From Salinimicrobium sp. (GTDB lineage Archaea; Thermoplasmatota; Poseidoniia; Poseidoniales; Poseidoniaceae), in assembly GCA_964228865.1 (NCBI GenBank), contig CAXRAI010000071.1:2418-66417 (forward strand): 64,000 nt of DNA. The letters are read 5' to 3'. This document shows positions 47,851-57,341 of the stretch, piece by piece; the stretch's first letter is position 1; every line of letters starts with the position of its first letter. The notes beneath the pieces were generated by a model that saw only the letters and a program-made list of their open reading frames with translations, ran no database searches and was not told the DNA's origin. The translations under genes and the position numbers were made by a program.

Positions 47851-49909
47851 CGGCTGCATCACCGGGTGAATCGCCATCTTGAGGGGCGGTTGCTTGCCGG
47901 GTCGGGGCAGGACGACGGGGCCACAGCAGGGACACACCAACCAACATGAGGCACAAACCCAGAGCGACTTCTGGTTGACGAAGAAGGTCCAGCCCTGATT
48001 CCTGTTGCTCGGCGGTGAGGGTCACAGGGAGGATCGTGCGACCACCATCGAGGTCAATGAGGTGAATCTCACCCCGAACCAACATGCCTTCCTCCAACAA
48101 ACCGGCTGGGTCGAGCTGAATGGACAGCGCATCGGTGTCTTGGTCGAGCGTGATGCGCGATGGTGCTTCGGCGATGCGTGACAGCGGTCCTTCCACGAGA
48201 ACGGTATAGGTGGACGAGCCATCCCCATTGCTGCTGACATCCAATCTGAGGGTGCTTTCCTGCATCACTGGAATCGAGGATTCGTAGGCTTCATCCTGAG
48301 GTATTCTGTTGAGCACCGTGACAGGGACGTCGAGGTTCAACTGCGTTCCTCCGCAGTTCAAGGTGCCCGAAAGACGGTCGACAACGTCCCCCACCAACGG
48401 TGATTGTGCCTCCAATTCGATGCGTGTGGTCCCCTCAGGCATCAACGTGGATGGGAAGGTGACCACGCCACCAAGGTCCATCCTCATCGTTCCTTCAAGG
48501 GTGCACGGCGCATCGGTGTTGCTCAGCACGATCGACAATCCATCGTTCGCAGTGATTCGTAATCCATATGCGGGCACATTCAGATCCAATCCATGACCGC
48601 ATTCTGGTGCGCTGAACGACACGGCCGTTCCATTACCGTCGATCGCTTGAACAATCTCTGCGGTCCAAGGCACCCTCAATCCACGATGATCCCGAATTTC
48701 AATCCCTTCAGCCCCAAACCGGTCTCCGATGTGGAAGGTGTCGCCCTCTACGCCATCGTCTTGCCCATTGAGCAAACCATCGTCTCCGTCTGCTTCGATG
48801 ACCTTCAACCATGGCCGGCCAGGATCAACGTTGACCTCGTTTTCTTCTGGGTCTCCCGCGGCTTCGTCAAGCAAGGTCACGAGGACGCCCTGACCCGGCA
48901 AACGGTCGTCGTAACTGTTTCCGCCCTTGAGTTCAATGAAGAGCCGCTGCTCGGGCGTGAGGTCAATTCGAAGCGCTTTGCCTCCGTCGTGACGGGGGGT
49001 CAAATCAAGCGTTGGCCCAAGGCATGTTCCTTCCCGTTGAACGGGAAAATCGAGCACCACATGTTGGCTGGTGTCAAGCCCAATCCGTTCCATGGTGGCG
49101 GAGGTAGGAAGGGCTGGCCAAACACCATCCCCGTTCCAATTTCCGGAGGCCATAATGTCCCAGTCACCCACGCCGTGCCATGAACCGGTCCATGATGGAT
49201 CATGCACAGGATAGAGGTCGATGGCACCCACCTGGTGCAACATCTCATGCAGGATGGTGCCGCTGGCCCCTGTTCCACCGCGCATCGTGGCCATCGCATA
49301 GTGCGCAACCTCAACACCAGCCTCGACCTTGATGGGGTCCATCAGGTGGGTGAAATGCGACCAAATTCTGTCAGGTCCACCCGAGCCGCTTTCTTGGCCC
49401 CGGCTCGTGTGAAGCAGAAGGAACCGGTCGACGGTCCCGTCATCGTCCAAGTCATGCGAAGGCCAGTCCACAGCATCGTTCTTCATGCTAAGCAACACTT
49501 CCGAAACCAGACGGCTGGGGAGAAACTCGCCCTCTGCGGAGAAGTCACGTCCCGAATTGCTGTCCTTTCCATAAAACGTTGAATCCGCCTGCGCACGAAT
49601 GACCTCTGGATGAACCGTGAAGTTGACGTGTTCTCCTCCTGCCATCAGTGAGAGGTAATCCGTGATTTCGCCATCGATCAAGGTCGTGGCTTGTGCGACG
49701 CCAAGCCCTGTGCTTTGTGTGGTCGCGTCATCAAAATCAACAACGACGACCAGCCAATGTTCCTGCCCATGTTGCCAGGGGAGCAAACTGTCCTCCTGCG
49801 ACGCTTGCGGGTCAGGCGTCAAGCGGTTCAACCATCCATCGCTTTGCGTCAACGCTGCTCCACTGACCAACAAGGTCAGCGCGGCGAGGACCGTCAGGAC
49901 ACGTTGCAC
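47744..49909 (-). CDS. secreted M6-like (immune inhibitor A-like) zinc metalloprotease with C-terminal TM anchor
   Basis: The signal peptide is MQRVLTVLAALTLLVSGAALT. The zinc motif ILHEMLHQVGAIDLY fits HExxHxxGxxDxY. The C-terminal helix is ALGLCLMLVGVSLLW. Confidence 0.75.
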   Translation of the reverse strand: MQRVLTVLAALTLLVSGAALTQSDGWLNRLTPDPQASQEDSLLPWQHGQEHWLVVVVDFDDATTQSTGLGVAQATTLIDGEITDYLSLMAGGEHVNFTVHPEVIRAQADSTFYGKDSNSGRDFSAEGEFLPSRLVSEVLLSMKNDAVDWPSHDLDDDGTVDRFLLLHTSRGQESGSGGPDRIWSHFTHLMDPIKVEAGVEVAHYAMATMRGGTGASGTILHEMLHQVGAIDLYPVHDPSWTGSWHGVGDWDIMASGNWNGDGVWPALPTSATMERIGLDTSQHVVLDFPVQREGTCLGPTLDLTPRHDGGKALRIDLTPEQRLFIELKGGNSYDDRLPGQGVLVTLLDEAAGDPEENEVNVDPGRPWLKVIEADGDDGLLNGQDDGVEGDTFHIGDRFGAEGIEIRDHRGLRVPWTAEIVQAIDGNGTAVSFSAPECGHGLDLNVPAYGLRITANDGLSIVLSNTDAPCTLEGTMRMDLGGVVTFPSTLMPEGTTRIELEAQSPLVGDVVDRLSGTLNCGGTQLNLDVPVTVLNRIPQDEAYESSIPVMQESTLRLDVSSNGDGSSTYTVLVEGPLSRIAEAPSRITLDQDTDALSIQLDPAGLLEEGMLVRGEIHLIDLDGGRTILPVTLTAEQQESGLDLLRQPEVALGLCLMLVGVSLLWPRRPAPTRQATAPQDGDSPGDAAVSLDPWGRPLDVHADLAQADREAHVEPPTNDRSLR

Positions 49910-49945
49910 GGTGTCAGGTCCCTCGCATGGGGTTTCAATGCTCCT

Positions 49946-51181
49946 TCACCTCGGGTCACGCTGCAGCCAAAGTTGCTGTGGGGGCAATGAGGCGGGAAGG
50001 GGACCAAACACAACATCCCTTTCGGTCGTTGCCAGGTGTTCGATGGTGCGTTGGGCTGCCGCTTCTTGGGACCATGGGTTCACGAAAGCGGAGAGCAACA
50101 GATCCCGTTGACAGGCCATGGAACGAGGTTCAATGCTCGGTCTGCGATGCTCGATGTCGCGCAGGTTGAGCCCGCGCAGTTGAGCACCTGCAGACGCCAC
50201 GGCTTCCTTGAAGGCCTGAGGAAGTGGCGCGGTGGAACACCCCACGACCACCACATCCGTTGCTCTGCCGTCTTGAATGCGTTCGATCAACGACGTGCGT
50301 TCGTTCATTCGAGCACACAAACCCTGTGCAATATGGTGCCCTGTGCTCTCTTTCGGAGGATATGGCGGGAGGCCAAAGGCACCTTCGCAGGCGCAATCCA
50401 CCACGAGCAACCTCCGCCTACCTCCTTCTGCGTCAAGCACCGTCGGTAAACTGCGTGGAGCCGTGTTTCGCCACGGGAGAAGCGGCATTTCGAGCAGAAG
50501 CGCGCTTGCGATCGCCAACGGCCATCTTAGGTCGTTGGTGGTGGTCCACGTGGACGTGACGATCAGCAGCACCACGGGAAGCGAGATCCGCCAGCGCCAT
50601 GTCGCGATGTTCTCCCTATGAAGCCGTCCAAACACACCCGCGCCGAGGGTTGCTCCCACCGTTGCCCCCAACAGGGCGAAAATCCACATGACCGCCAACG
50701 TCAGTTCGACCAACTGTACGGCATCAAGGGCAAGCGTGAGTCCAGTCGTATCGACGGTGGTCATGGCCTGGGCGTAGACCCATGGGGCTCCACGCCATCC
50801 GAACCACAACGCGATGGAAACGCCGACGATGGACGTGACGACCATCCCCAGACGGAGGCGACGACGTTCGCTTGGCAACAAGCCGGGCGAGGCAAAGGAC
50901 ACGGATTGGTGAACCACGAGCGGCAGACTCAGCACGGCCGCACATACGATGGCTGTTGTCCATCGCAATCCAATCCATGCTCCGGGCTCAAAGACCACCA
51001 TGCAAGAAGCACATGGTGACAACACGCTGAGCCACCACATCAACAGGTCATCCGTCCGTTGCGAGAGCACGACGGTCATGGCGACCAAGATCAACACGAC
51101 AAGGGTCACGCGGGCGGAGAACTCCTCCAAGTGCCCAACAATGGAGAGGCGTTCATCCGATTCCAGCCGAAGGTCGGCCAC
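49946..51181 (-). CDS. tatC: TatC-like twin-arginine translocase subunit fused to a ~165-aa Cys-rich C-terminal domain
   Basis: The TatC N-terminus is IVGHLEEFSARVTLVV. There are six hydrophobic helices, and the conserved loop is FASPGLLPSERRRL (compare FIAPALYKHERR). The extension begins about RRRLLVVDCACEG. Confidence 0.7.
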   Translation of the reverse strand: MADLRLESDERLSIVGHLEEFSARVTLVVLILVAMTVVLSQRTDDLLMWWLSVLSPCASCMVVFEPGAWIGLRWTTAIVCAAVLSLPLVVHQSVSFASPGLLPSERRRLRLGMVVTSIVGVSIALWFGWRGAPWVYAQAMTTVDTTGLTLALDAVQLVELTLAVMWIFALLGATVGATLGAGVFGRLHRENIATWRWRISLPVVLLIVTSTWTTTNDLRWPLAIASALLLEMPLLPWRNTAPRSLPTVLDAEGGRRRLLVVDCACEGAFGLPPYPPKESTGHHIAQGLCARMNERTSLIERIQDGRATDVVVVGCSTAPLPQAFKEAVASAGAQLRGLNLRDIEHRRPSIEPRSMACQRDLLLSAFVNPWSQEAAAQRTIEHLATTERDVVFGPLPASLPPQQLWLQRDPR

Positions 51182-51193
51182 GTGGCGTCACCT

Positions 51194-52207
51194 TCAGACC
51201 AGGTCCTTCGAGACGGGGTCTGCGCGCGCTTGCACGATGGTCCTGTAGACCCCGTACGCAGCCCAGAGGGTCAACATGCCAAGCAAAAGCGCGTAGCCCC
51301 ATGGTTGCCCGCTGTCCACGGACCAAGCGAAACCAAGTCCAAGTCCTGCGGCAAGCAGGCCCCTGCGGATCCCTTGTGGCACGGCCAACCTTCGGTCGAG
51401 GTGGTTGGGCCCACCGCCGAAACGGCGCTCGTAGAATTCACCCTGCACCACAGCACCGACGATGAAAATCGACAGCGTGGTCCAGTAGTACACGTTTCCG
51501 TTTTCGAAAAAGGACTCAGCAAGTTTGGCTTGTTCTGCTGCTTCCAAGGCTTCCGGGTCCTCTTCAGCGACGAAGAGGCTCTCGTAGTCTCCGACGCTGA
51601 TGGTGCGGAGGTCACGGTCGTTCACATCATCGTCAACGGTGGAACCTGGTTCGCTGATCATGAAGGACAACACGTTCCATGCATCGTTGGCGTTGGGTGC
51701 ACCGTTGCCGTCCACCGCGTTGCCCACGAGCTGGAACCGAACTGGTCCAATGTCCTCAGCAGGAGCGGTCCATGTGATGGTCCAATCGTTTCCTACGGAG
51801 CCTTGGGAGACGGCCCCCGGTTCTTCAGCCACCTGAATGCTGCCTTCGCCTGCCGTCAGGGTTCCGGCTCCGTAATCCCAGAGCATGTATCCGCCTTCGC
51901 CATACTCAGCATGGCCCAGGCTGATGGTGAAGGTGTAGGCTGCACCAAGGTCGTAGGAGCGAGGCACGCCAGAAATGGACACAACGACTGCCGTTGAAGG
52001 ATCGCCGTCACCGTGACAGGTGCAGCCGGATTCGACGGTCAAACCGCCACCGTTTTCCCACGGTGGGCCGTTTGGGTTGGCCAAGGCAGGCATGGCCACG
52101 AGCAACGCGACCATCAGCAGGACAAGGCTCCGATTGAAGGCTCGACCCATCGTTCCACCCTTGTTTCCTCGTCGTGGCCCTCGCCCTTTCAACGTTGCTT
52201 CATGCAT
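51194..52207 (-). CDS. secreted beta-sandwich (Reeler-like?) protein with three C-terminal TM helices
   Basis: The signal peptide is SLVLLMVALLVAMPALA. The pattern GCTCHG...VVVSISGVP..Y..GAAYTFTISL...GGYMLW...WTAP...FQLVGNAVDGNG resembles Reeler-type domains. The family call is tentative. Confidence 0.5.
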   Translation of the reverse strand: MHEATLKGRGPRRGNKGGTMGRAFNRSLVLLMVALLVAMPALANPNGPPWENGGGLTVESGCTCHGDGDPSTAVVVSISGVPRSYDLGAAYTFTISLGHAEYGEGGYMLWDYGAGTLTAGEGSIQVAEEPGAVSQGSVGNDWTITWTAPAEDIGPVRFQLVGNAVDGNGAPNANDAWNVLSFMISEPGSTVDDDVNDRDLRTISVGDYESLFVAEEDPEALEAAEQAKLAESFFENGNVYYWTTLSIFIVGAVVQGEFYERRFGGGPNHLDRRLAVPQGIRRGLLAAGLGLGFAWSVDSGQPWGYALLLGMLTLWAAYGVYRTIVQARADPVSKDLV

Positions 52208-52224
52208 CGGCGCAGTGCAGCGAC

Positions 52225-53676
52225 TCAGGACTCCTTGATGGCGTTGTTCAACTCGGTCATCATTTTCTTCCCGTCACCGAACAGCATCATGGTTTTGTCC
52301 ATGTAAAACAGGTCGTTGTCGACGCCGGCGTATCCCACGGACAAGGACCGCTTGACGATGACGATCGTCCGCGCCATGTCCACGTCCAAAATTGGCATCC
52401 CGGCCAATGGGCCCTGATCGGTCCGTGCAGCAGGGTTGGTGGTATCGTTTGCTCCAATGACCAGCGCAATGTCAGCTTCTGGGAATTCAGAGTTGATCTC
52501 GTCCATCTCGATGAGCTGCTCGTACGGGACGTTGGCTTCAGCCAAGAGGACGTTCATGTGGCCCGGCATGCGACCGGCCACCGGATGGATGGCGTACTTC
52601 ACCTCCGTGTCGTACTTTTCAGCCACAAGATCCGCGAATTCCTTGACCTGATGTTGGCACTGCGACACCGCCATGCCGTATCCTGGTACGATGATGACCT
52701 TCTGGGCACCGTCGACCATCATGGCAACTTCATCTGCATCAGAGCCGACCTTGGTCCTCGTCACGGTTTCCTTGTCGGTTCCACCGAAGGAGGTGAACAG
52801 GACATTTGCAAGGGTCCGGTTCATCGCCTTGCACATGATGAACGTCAGGATGAGGCCGCTGGCTCCAACAAGTGAGCCTGCGACGATGAGCACGCTGTTG
52901 CCAATGATGAATCCCGTGAACGCGGCGGCAATACCAGACAAGGAGTTCAGAAGGCTGACCACCACAGGCATGTCAGCTCCGCCAATCGGCAGCACCAGCA
53001 CCACACCAAGCAGGCAGGACAGACCAATCACGCCCCAAAGGTAGGAGGTGTTGGTGGGCTCTCCCAATTGAAGGAAAATCAGAACAAACACGCCAACAAG
53101 CATGACGACTTTCACGCCATTGAGCCACGACGGACCCCACGTTGGCGTGCGGATCCACTTGCCGAAAAGCTCGATGCCGCCTTTGAGTTTGTACATGGCC
53201 AGGATGCTTCCGGTCAACGTGACCCAGCCCACCAAAGCAGACAGGCCAGCAGCGAGAACGGTCACTTGGAGCTCCAACCCTTCAGGAACGGTGCTCGCGT
53301 CATCCAACCAGCGCCATGTCTCCGACAAGGCGACGAGGGCAGATGCTGCGCCGCCGAATCCGTTGAACAAGGCCACCATTTCTGGCATACCCGTCATCTC
53401 AACACGAACGGCCATGATGTAACCAATACCACCTCCGAGGAGAATGCCACCTGCGATGAGCGCCCATTCAATTCCGGTCGTGAACCCCATTTGGAGGACG
53501 GTCGTCAAGACGGCGACGAGCATGCCCATGGCCCCGTAGAGGTTTCCTGTGGGTGCGGTACGTGGGTGCCCGAGTTTCTTCAATCCGAAAATAAACAGGG
53601 CTGCGGAAACCACGTATCCGAGGTTGATCCACGCCGCGGAGGAACCAACATCAATCCAAGGTTCCATCTCAAGCAC
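52225..53676 (-). CDS. pntB: NAD(P) transhydrogenase subunit beta
   Basis: The N-terminal half is a membrane domain. The dIII domain motifs are VIIVPGYGMAVSQCQH, AIHPVAGRMPGHMNVLLAEA and VIGANDTTNPAA. Confidence 0.92.
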   Translation of the reverse strand: MLEMEPWIDVGSSAAWINLGYVVSAALFIFGLKKLGHPRTAPTGNLYGAMGMLVAVLTTVLQMGFTTGIEWALIAGGILLGGGIGYIMAVRVEMTGMPEMVALFNGFGGAASALVALSETWRWLDDASTVPEGLELQVTVLAAGLSALVGWVTLTGSILAMYKLKGGIELFGKWIRTPTWGPSWLNGVKVVMLVGVFVLIFLQLGEPTNTSYLWGVIGLSCLLGVVLVLPIGGADMPVVVSLLNSLSGIAAAFTGFIIGNSVLIVAGSLVGASGLILTFIMCKAMNRTLANVLFTSFGGTDKETVTRTKVGSDADEVAMMVDGAQKVIIVPGYGMAVSQCQHQVKEFADLVAEKYDTEVKYAIHPVAGRMPGHMNVLLAEANVPYEQLIEMDEINSEFPEADIALVIGANDTTNPAARTDQGPLAGMPILDVDMARTIVIVKRSLSVGYAGVDNDLFYMDKTMMLFGDGKKMMTELNNAIKES

Positions 53677-53980
53677 CCCCCCGCTTCTTTCCGGCGATCA
53701 TGCTGAGCATTCGGTTGGTGACCGCGAAACCACCGACCACGTTGATCATCGCGAGTGTCAGGGCGACGAAGGCCAAGAGGCCCGAGACGGCGGTATTTCC
53801 ACCATCAAAGGCAACGTTGGCCCCAATCAGGGCCCCCACGATGCTGATGCCAGAAATGGCGTTCGCGCCAGACATCAGCGGCGTGTGCAGGGTGGCCGGC
53901 ACCTTGGTGATGAGCTCGAAACCGAGGAAGATCGAGAGGACAAACAGCGTGATGCTTGCGATCAGGGTTTCAGGCGTCAA
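53669..53980 (-). CDS. pntA: NAD(P) transhydrogenase subunit alpha, membrane part (PntAB)
   Basis: The 103-aa protein has 3 TM helices. GFELITKVPATLHTPLMSGANAISGI matches the PntA C-terminal segment. It overlaps both neighbouring genes. Confidence 0.85.
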   Translation of the reverse strand: MTPETLIASITLFVLSIFLGFELITKVPATLHTPLMSGANAISGISIVGALIGANVAFDGGNTAVSGLLAFVALTLAMINVVGGFAVTNRMLSMIAGKKRGGA

Positions 53981-55149
53981 GCGACCACCTCCCCGAGCCG
54001 GGTTTGCTTTGGATGAATGGCACCGTCCTTGCAGATGAGCACTCCACCCATGCCCGGAACGTGGAAATCGCTGCCGTCAGGGGCTCCGACCAAGATGTCA
54101 TCGTCTTCCGAAACGATGACCTCGCCTTCGTTGACCAACGAGCACATGAAAGTGGTGAGGTTGTTTGAGTACAGCATGGACGCGGTGGTGGCCAGCGTCC
54201 CTGGAAGGTTGCTCGTGCCCACCACAATAACTCCGTTGTCCGTGGTGGTGACTTCACCGGCCACAGTGGATTCGCAGTTCCCACCCACATCGGCGTTCAT
54301 GTCAACGATGACGGCACCTCGCTTGAAGGACGCAACGGCCGAACTCGGGACGGTGATGGGGGCTGGTCGGCCAAAGATTCGTGCGGTGGTGATGACGATG
54401 TCAGCATCGGAGGCAACACCGCACACCGTGTCGTTGACTTTCTGAATGAATTCAGGCGTCAAAGGTTTGGCGTATCCAGAAGCGTCTTCAAAATCATCCA
54501 TGCCATCCACTTCAATGAAGCGGCCACCAACGGATTCAATCTGTTCCGCTGCAGATTTGCGAACGTCGGAGGCATAGACCACAGCACCAAGGCGCTTGGC
54601 GGTGGCGATGGCTTGCAATCCAGCCACACCAGATCCCATCACCACCACTTTGGCTGGACGCACCGTTCCTGCGGACGTTGTCATCATTGGAATGCCCTTG
54701 GGCACGTGAGCGGCTCCAAGGAGCACCGCCTTGTACCCTGCCAAGTTGTCCTGGCTTGAGTTCACGTCCATGGACTGGGCGCGAGAAAGCCGTCGTGGGA
54801 TCATGTCCATCGACATGAGGGTCACGCTGGCGTCCATGCATGCTTTGACACGCTCCGGATGACGGAATGGGTCGGCCACGCACACGAGGTTGGTACCTGC
54901 CGCCATGCCTTCGATGCCTGGAAATCCAACAGCAAGAACATGGGGGCATGCCAACACATCCTCCCGTGTACCGATGCTTGCACCCGCATCAATGTAGGCT
55001 TGGTCGTCATGGCTCGAGGTCAATCCAGCACCGCTCTCCACGACGACTTCGAAGCCTGCTTTGGTGAGCTTCCGAAGGCTCGACGGTACAATGGCGACTC
55101 GGGTTTCTTGGTCCGATTCTTTGACGACACCAATGCGCATTCCAAACAC
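53977..55149 (-). CDS. pntA: NAD(P) transhydrogenase subunit alpha, soluble dI part (PntAA)
   Basis: The fold is alanine-dehydrogenase/PNT-like: MRIGVVKESDQETRVAIVP, with the NAD-binding motif VVVMGSGVAGLQAIATAKRLGA. Confidence 0.92.
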   Translation of the reverse strand: MFGMRIGVVKESDQETRVAIVPSSLRKLTKAGFEVVVESGAGLTSSHDDQAYIDAGASIGTREDVLACPHVLAVGFPGIEGMAAGTNLVCVADPFRHPERVKACMDASVTLMSMDMIPRRLSRAQSMDVNSSQDNLAGYKAVLLGAAHVPKGIPMMTTSAGTVRPAKVVVMGSGVAGLQAIATAKRLGAVVYASDVRKSAAEQIESVGGRFIEVDGMDDFEDASGYAKPLTPEFIQKVNDTVCGVASDADIVITTARIFGRPAPITVPSSAVASFKRGAVIVDMNADVGGNCESTVAGEVTTTDNGVIVVGTSNLPGTLATTASMLYSNNLTTFMCSLVNEGEVIVSEDDDILVGAPDGSDFHVPGMGGVLICKDGAIHPKQTRLGEVVA

Positions 55150-55252
55150 CTCCGCAGGAGCGGTGATTCAACCCAACGGTAGCGGGTTCTTCAACACCAC
55201 GGAACACACCTGTGGTCTCTTGACCGCGAGTTTATGGCCCGGGTCCCGAACC

Positions 55253-56209
55253 ATGACTCAGGTCGAGCACATGGCGAACGGACGGAGGAAAATTGCGGTC
55301 ATCGGAGCGGGGAACGTCGGAGCCACGTGTGCCTTCGTTCTCGCCCAGATGAAAATCGCTGACATTGTGTTGCTGGACATTTTCGAAGGCTTCGCCAAGG
55401 GCAAGGCCCTTGACATGTCCCAAAACGCCACCGTGCTCAATTACGATGGAAGCATCACCGGTACGGCCTCCTACGAGGACATCGCTGGTTCTGACGTGGT
55501 CGTGGTGACCTCCGGGTTTCCGCGAAAGCCAGGCATGTCCCGTGAAGATTTGATTGGAAAAAACGCCGACATCATCAGCCAAGTTGGAGCCGGTATCCGT
55601 GACCATGCACCGGATGCCGTGGTGATCGTGGTCACGAACCCTCTGGACTTGATGACCTACCACATGCAGAAGGTGACCGGATTCCCACATGCGCGAATCA
55701 TTGGTCAAGCCGGCGTCTTGGATTCTGCTCGCATGGCCCACTTCATCGCCCTTGAGCTCAATTGTGCCGAAGAAGACGTGTCCCCCATGGTCTTGGGAGG
55801 CCACGGTGACACGATGGTTCCCTTGCCTCGCTACACGACGGTTGGTGGAATCCCGATCACCCAACTGATGCCGGAGGATCGAATCGCCGCAATTTCTGAG
55901 CGTACCGCGAAAGGTGGCGGTGAAATCGTCGCCCTGCTTGAGAAAGGTTCAGCTTTCTACGCGCCTGGATCTGCCGCCGCAATCATGGCAGAAGCGGTGC
56001 TCAACGATCGTCGACGCCTCATTCCTGCCTCCTGCCACCTGACGGGACAATATGGGCTCGAGAACGTCTACATCGGGGTCCCTTGCATCATCGGCGCCAA
56101 CGGGGTTGAGAAAATCTTCGAACTCGACCTCCTCGAACACGAACTTGAGTCGCTTCAGACTTCGGGCAATTTCTACAAGAGCCAATTGACCGATGTGCTG
56201 GGCTACTGA
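55253..56209 (+). CDS. mdh: malate dehydrogenase (LDH-like family)
   Basis: Supporting motifs are KIAVIGAGNVGATCAFVLA, LLDIFEGFAKGKALDM, GFPRKPGMSREDL and VLGGHGDTMVP. The ORF-track start at 55061 lies inside pntA, so ATG 55253 (or 55271) is more plausible. Confidence 0.9.
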   Translation: MTQVEHMANGRRKIAVIGAGNVGATCAFVLAQMKIADIVLLDIFEGFAKGKALDMSQNATVLNYDGSITGTASYEDIAGSDVVVVTSGFPRKPGMSREDLIGKNADIISQVGAGIRDHAPDAVVIVVTNPLDLMTYHMQKVTGFPHARIIGQAGVLDSARMAHFIALELNCAEEDVSPMVLGGHGDTMVPLPRYTTVGGIPITQLMPEDRIAAISERTAKGGGEIVALLEKGSAFYAPGSAAAIMAEAVLNDRRRLIPASCHLTGQYGLENVYIGVPCIIGANGVEKIFELDLLEHELESLQTSGNFYKSQLTDVLGY

Positions 56210-56916
56210 ATTTCGCTGGTCCGGACGATCGCCAAACCCTTGCCCTCGAACGCCGTGGTCACGCGGCCTTCTGGCATGTCATCAAGCGACCCTTGAATGA
56301 GCACCCAGCCGGTTTTCCCCCTGCTCCTCATTCGGGTGAGGACTTCTTGTCCCAAGAAGCACCCTTTGTTTTCGTGCACCAAGGATTCCAGGCCGCAGGC
56401 GTATGGGTGGTGTTTTGGCGTGATTTCCATGCCGTGTTCCGGCCAACGGTTGGTGATTCGCCACCTCGTCCAGGCATCTGGTTGCTCTTCTGCATCAGAA
56501 CTCGGTTGACCGGCGATCACGTGAACCGACAAATCTGGGTGAATCCTTGCGGTGGTCACGCCGTTCACCGTGACCCACGTCCCTTCCACAGGATCCTTCC
56601 CTCCAGTTTCGTACACCACGTGATTCCGAGTGCTCAAGTCCATGAGTGAGACGTTTTGCCCAAGTCGTCTGGGTTGCAGGTGTTCGAGCAACGGGCCCCA
56701 CGCGTCTTGGTTCACCAAGAGTACCACGCCTTCTTCCCTGACCAACGCGGTGGTGGCTGCGATGATCTTGGCCGCTCGGTCCGTGAACACCGTCCTCAAG
56801 GCCGTCCCTGGACTGTTCGGTATGCGGTTGGTGCTGAGGCCATCAATGAACGAGACCGCGTCGCTGCCTTGAACAAAAAGAATGCCGACATCAACCCGCA
56901 GGTGCGAAAACGACAT
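56203..56916 (-). CDS. ygfZ: YgfZ/GcvT-like folate-binding protein (Fe-S cluster maintenance)
   Basis: The KGCFLGQEV signature matches KGCYxGQE. A GcvT-like N-terminal half is present. The protein is 237 aa. Confidence 0.78.
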   Translation of the reverse strand: MSFSHLRVDVGILFVQGSDAVSFIDGLSTNRIPNSPGTALRTVFTDRAAKIIAATTALVREEGVVLLVNQDAWGPLLEHLQPRRLGQNVSLMDLSTRNHVVYETGGKDPVEGTWVTVNGVTTARIHPDLSVHVIAGQPSSDAEEQPDAWTRWRITNRWPEHGMEITPKHHPYACGLESLVHENKGCFLGQEVLTRMRSRGKTGWVLIQGSLDDMPEGRVTTAFEGKGLAIVRTSEIQ

Positions 56917-56922
56917 GCTGTC

Positions 56923-57303
56923 TCAGCCGAAGGATTCGCCACAGCCACATGTGCTCCCCGCATTGGGGTTGTTGATTTTGAATCCGCCACCCATGAGTCG
57001 GTCTTCATAGTCGATTTCGATGCCATCCAAGAGGTGGCTTGAGGCGTTGGGGACTTGCACGTTGATGCCCTCGATCTCCAAGCTTTGGCAATCGGGTTCT
57101 GAGCCTTCGATGATCTGCAGGTCGTACATGTAGCCCGAACATCCACCCGACAACACACCCACGAGCAAGGATTGACCTTCGGTGTCACCAAAGGCATCAC
57201 TCAGCATCGCTCGCGCCTTCGCGGTGATGGTGAGGTTGACGTTTACGGGGGCTGGAGCCTCCACGGGCAGTGCAGGGGCCGAATCGCAAGTTCCGCAATC
57301 CAT
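56923..57303 (-). CDS. iscA: A-type iron-sulfur cluster carrier (IscA/HesB family)
   Basis: SGGCSGYMY and the C-terminal CGCGESFG supply the three cluster-ligand cysteines. There is an extra N-terminal MDCGTCDS. Confidence 0.88.
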   Translation of the reverse strand: MDCGTCDSAPALPVEAPAPVNVNLTITAKARAMLSDAFGDTEGQSLLVGVLSGGCSGYMYDLQIIEGSEPDCQSLEIEGINVQVPNASSHLLDGIEIDYEDRLMGGGFKINNPNAGSTCGCGESFG

Positions 57304-57341
57304 GCTCTTCCCACGAGGTCCTCGTTCATCAACCTGTGGCG

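Noticed and set aside
52010-52027. GCTCHG as a haem c attachment site
   Set aside because: The motif is CxCH, not CxxCH. The surrounding pattern fits a Reeler-like beta-sandwich better than a cytochrome.
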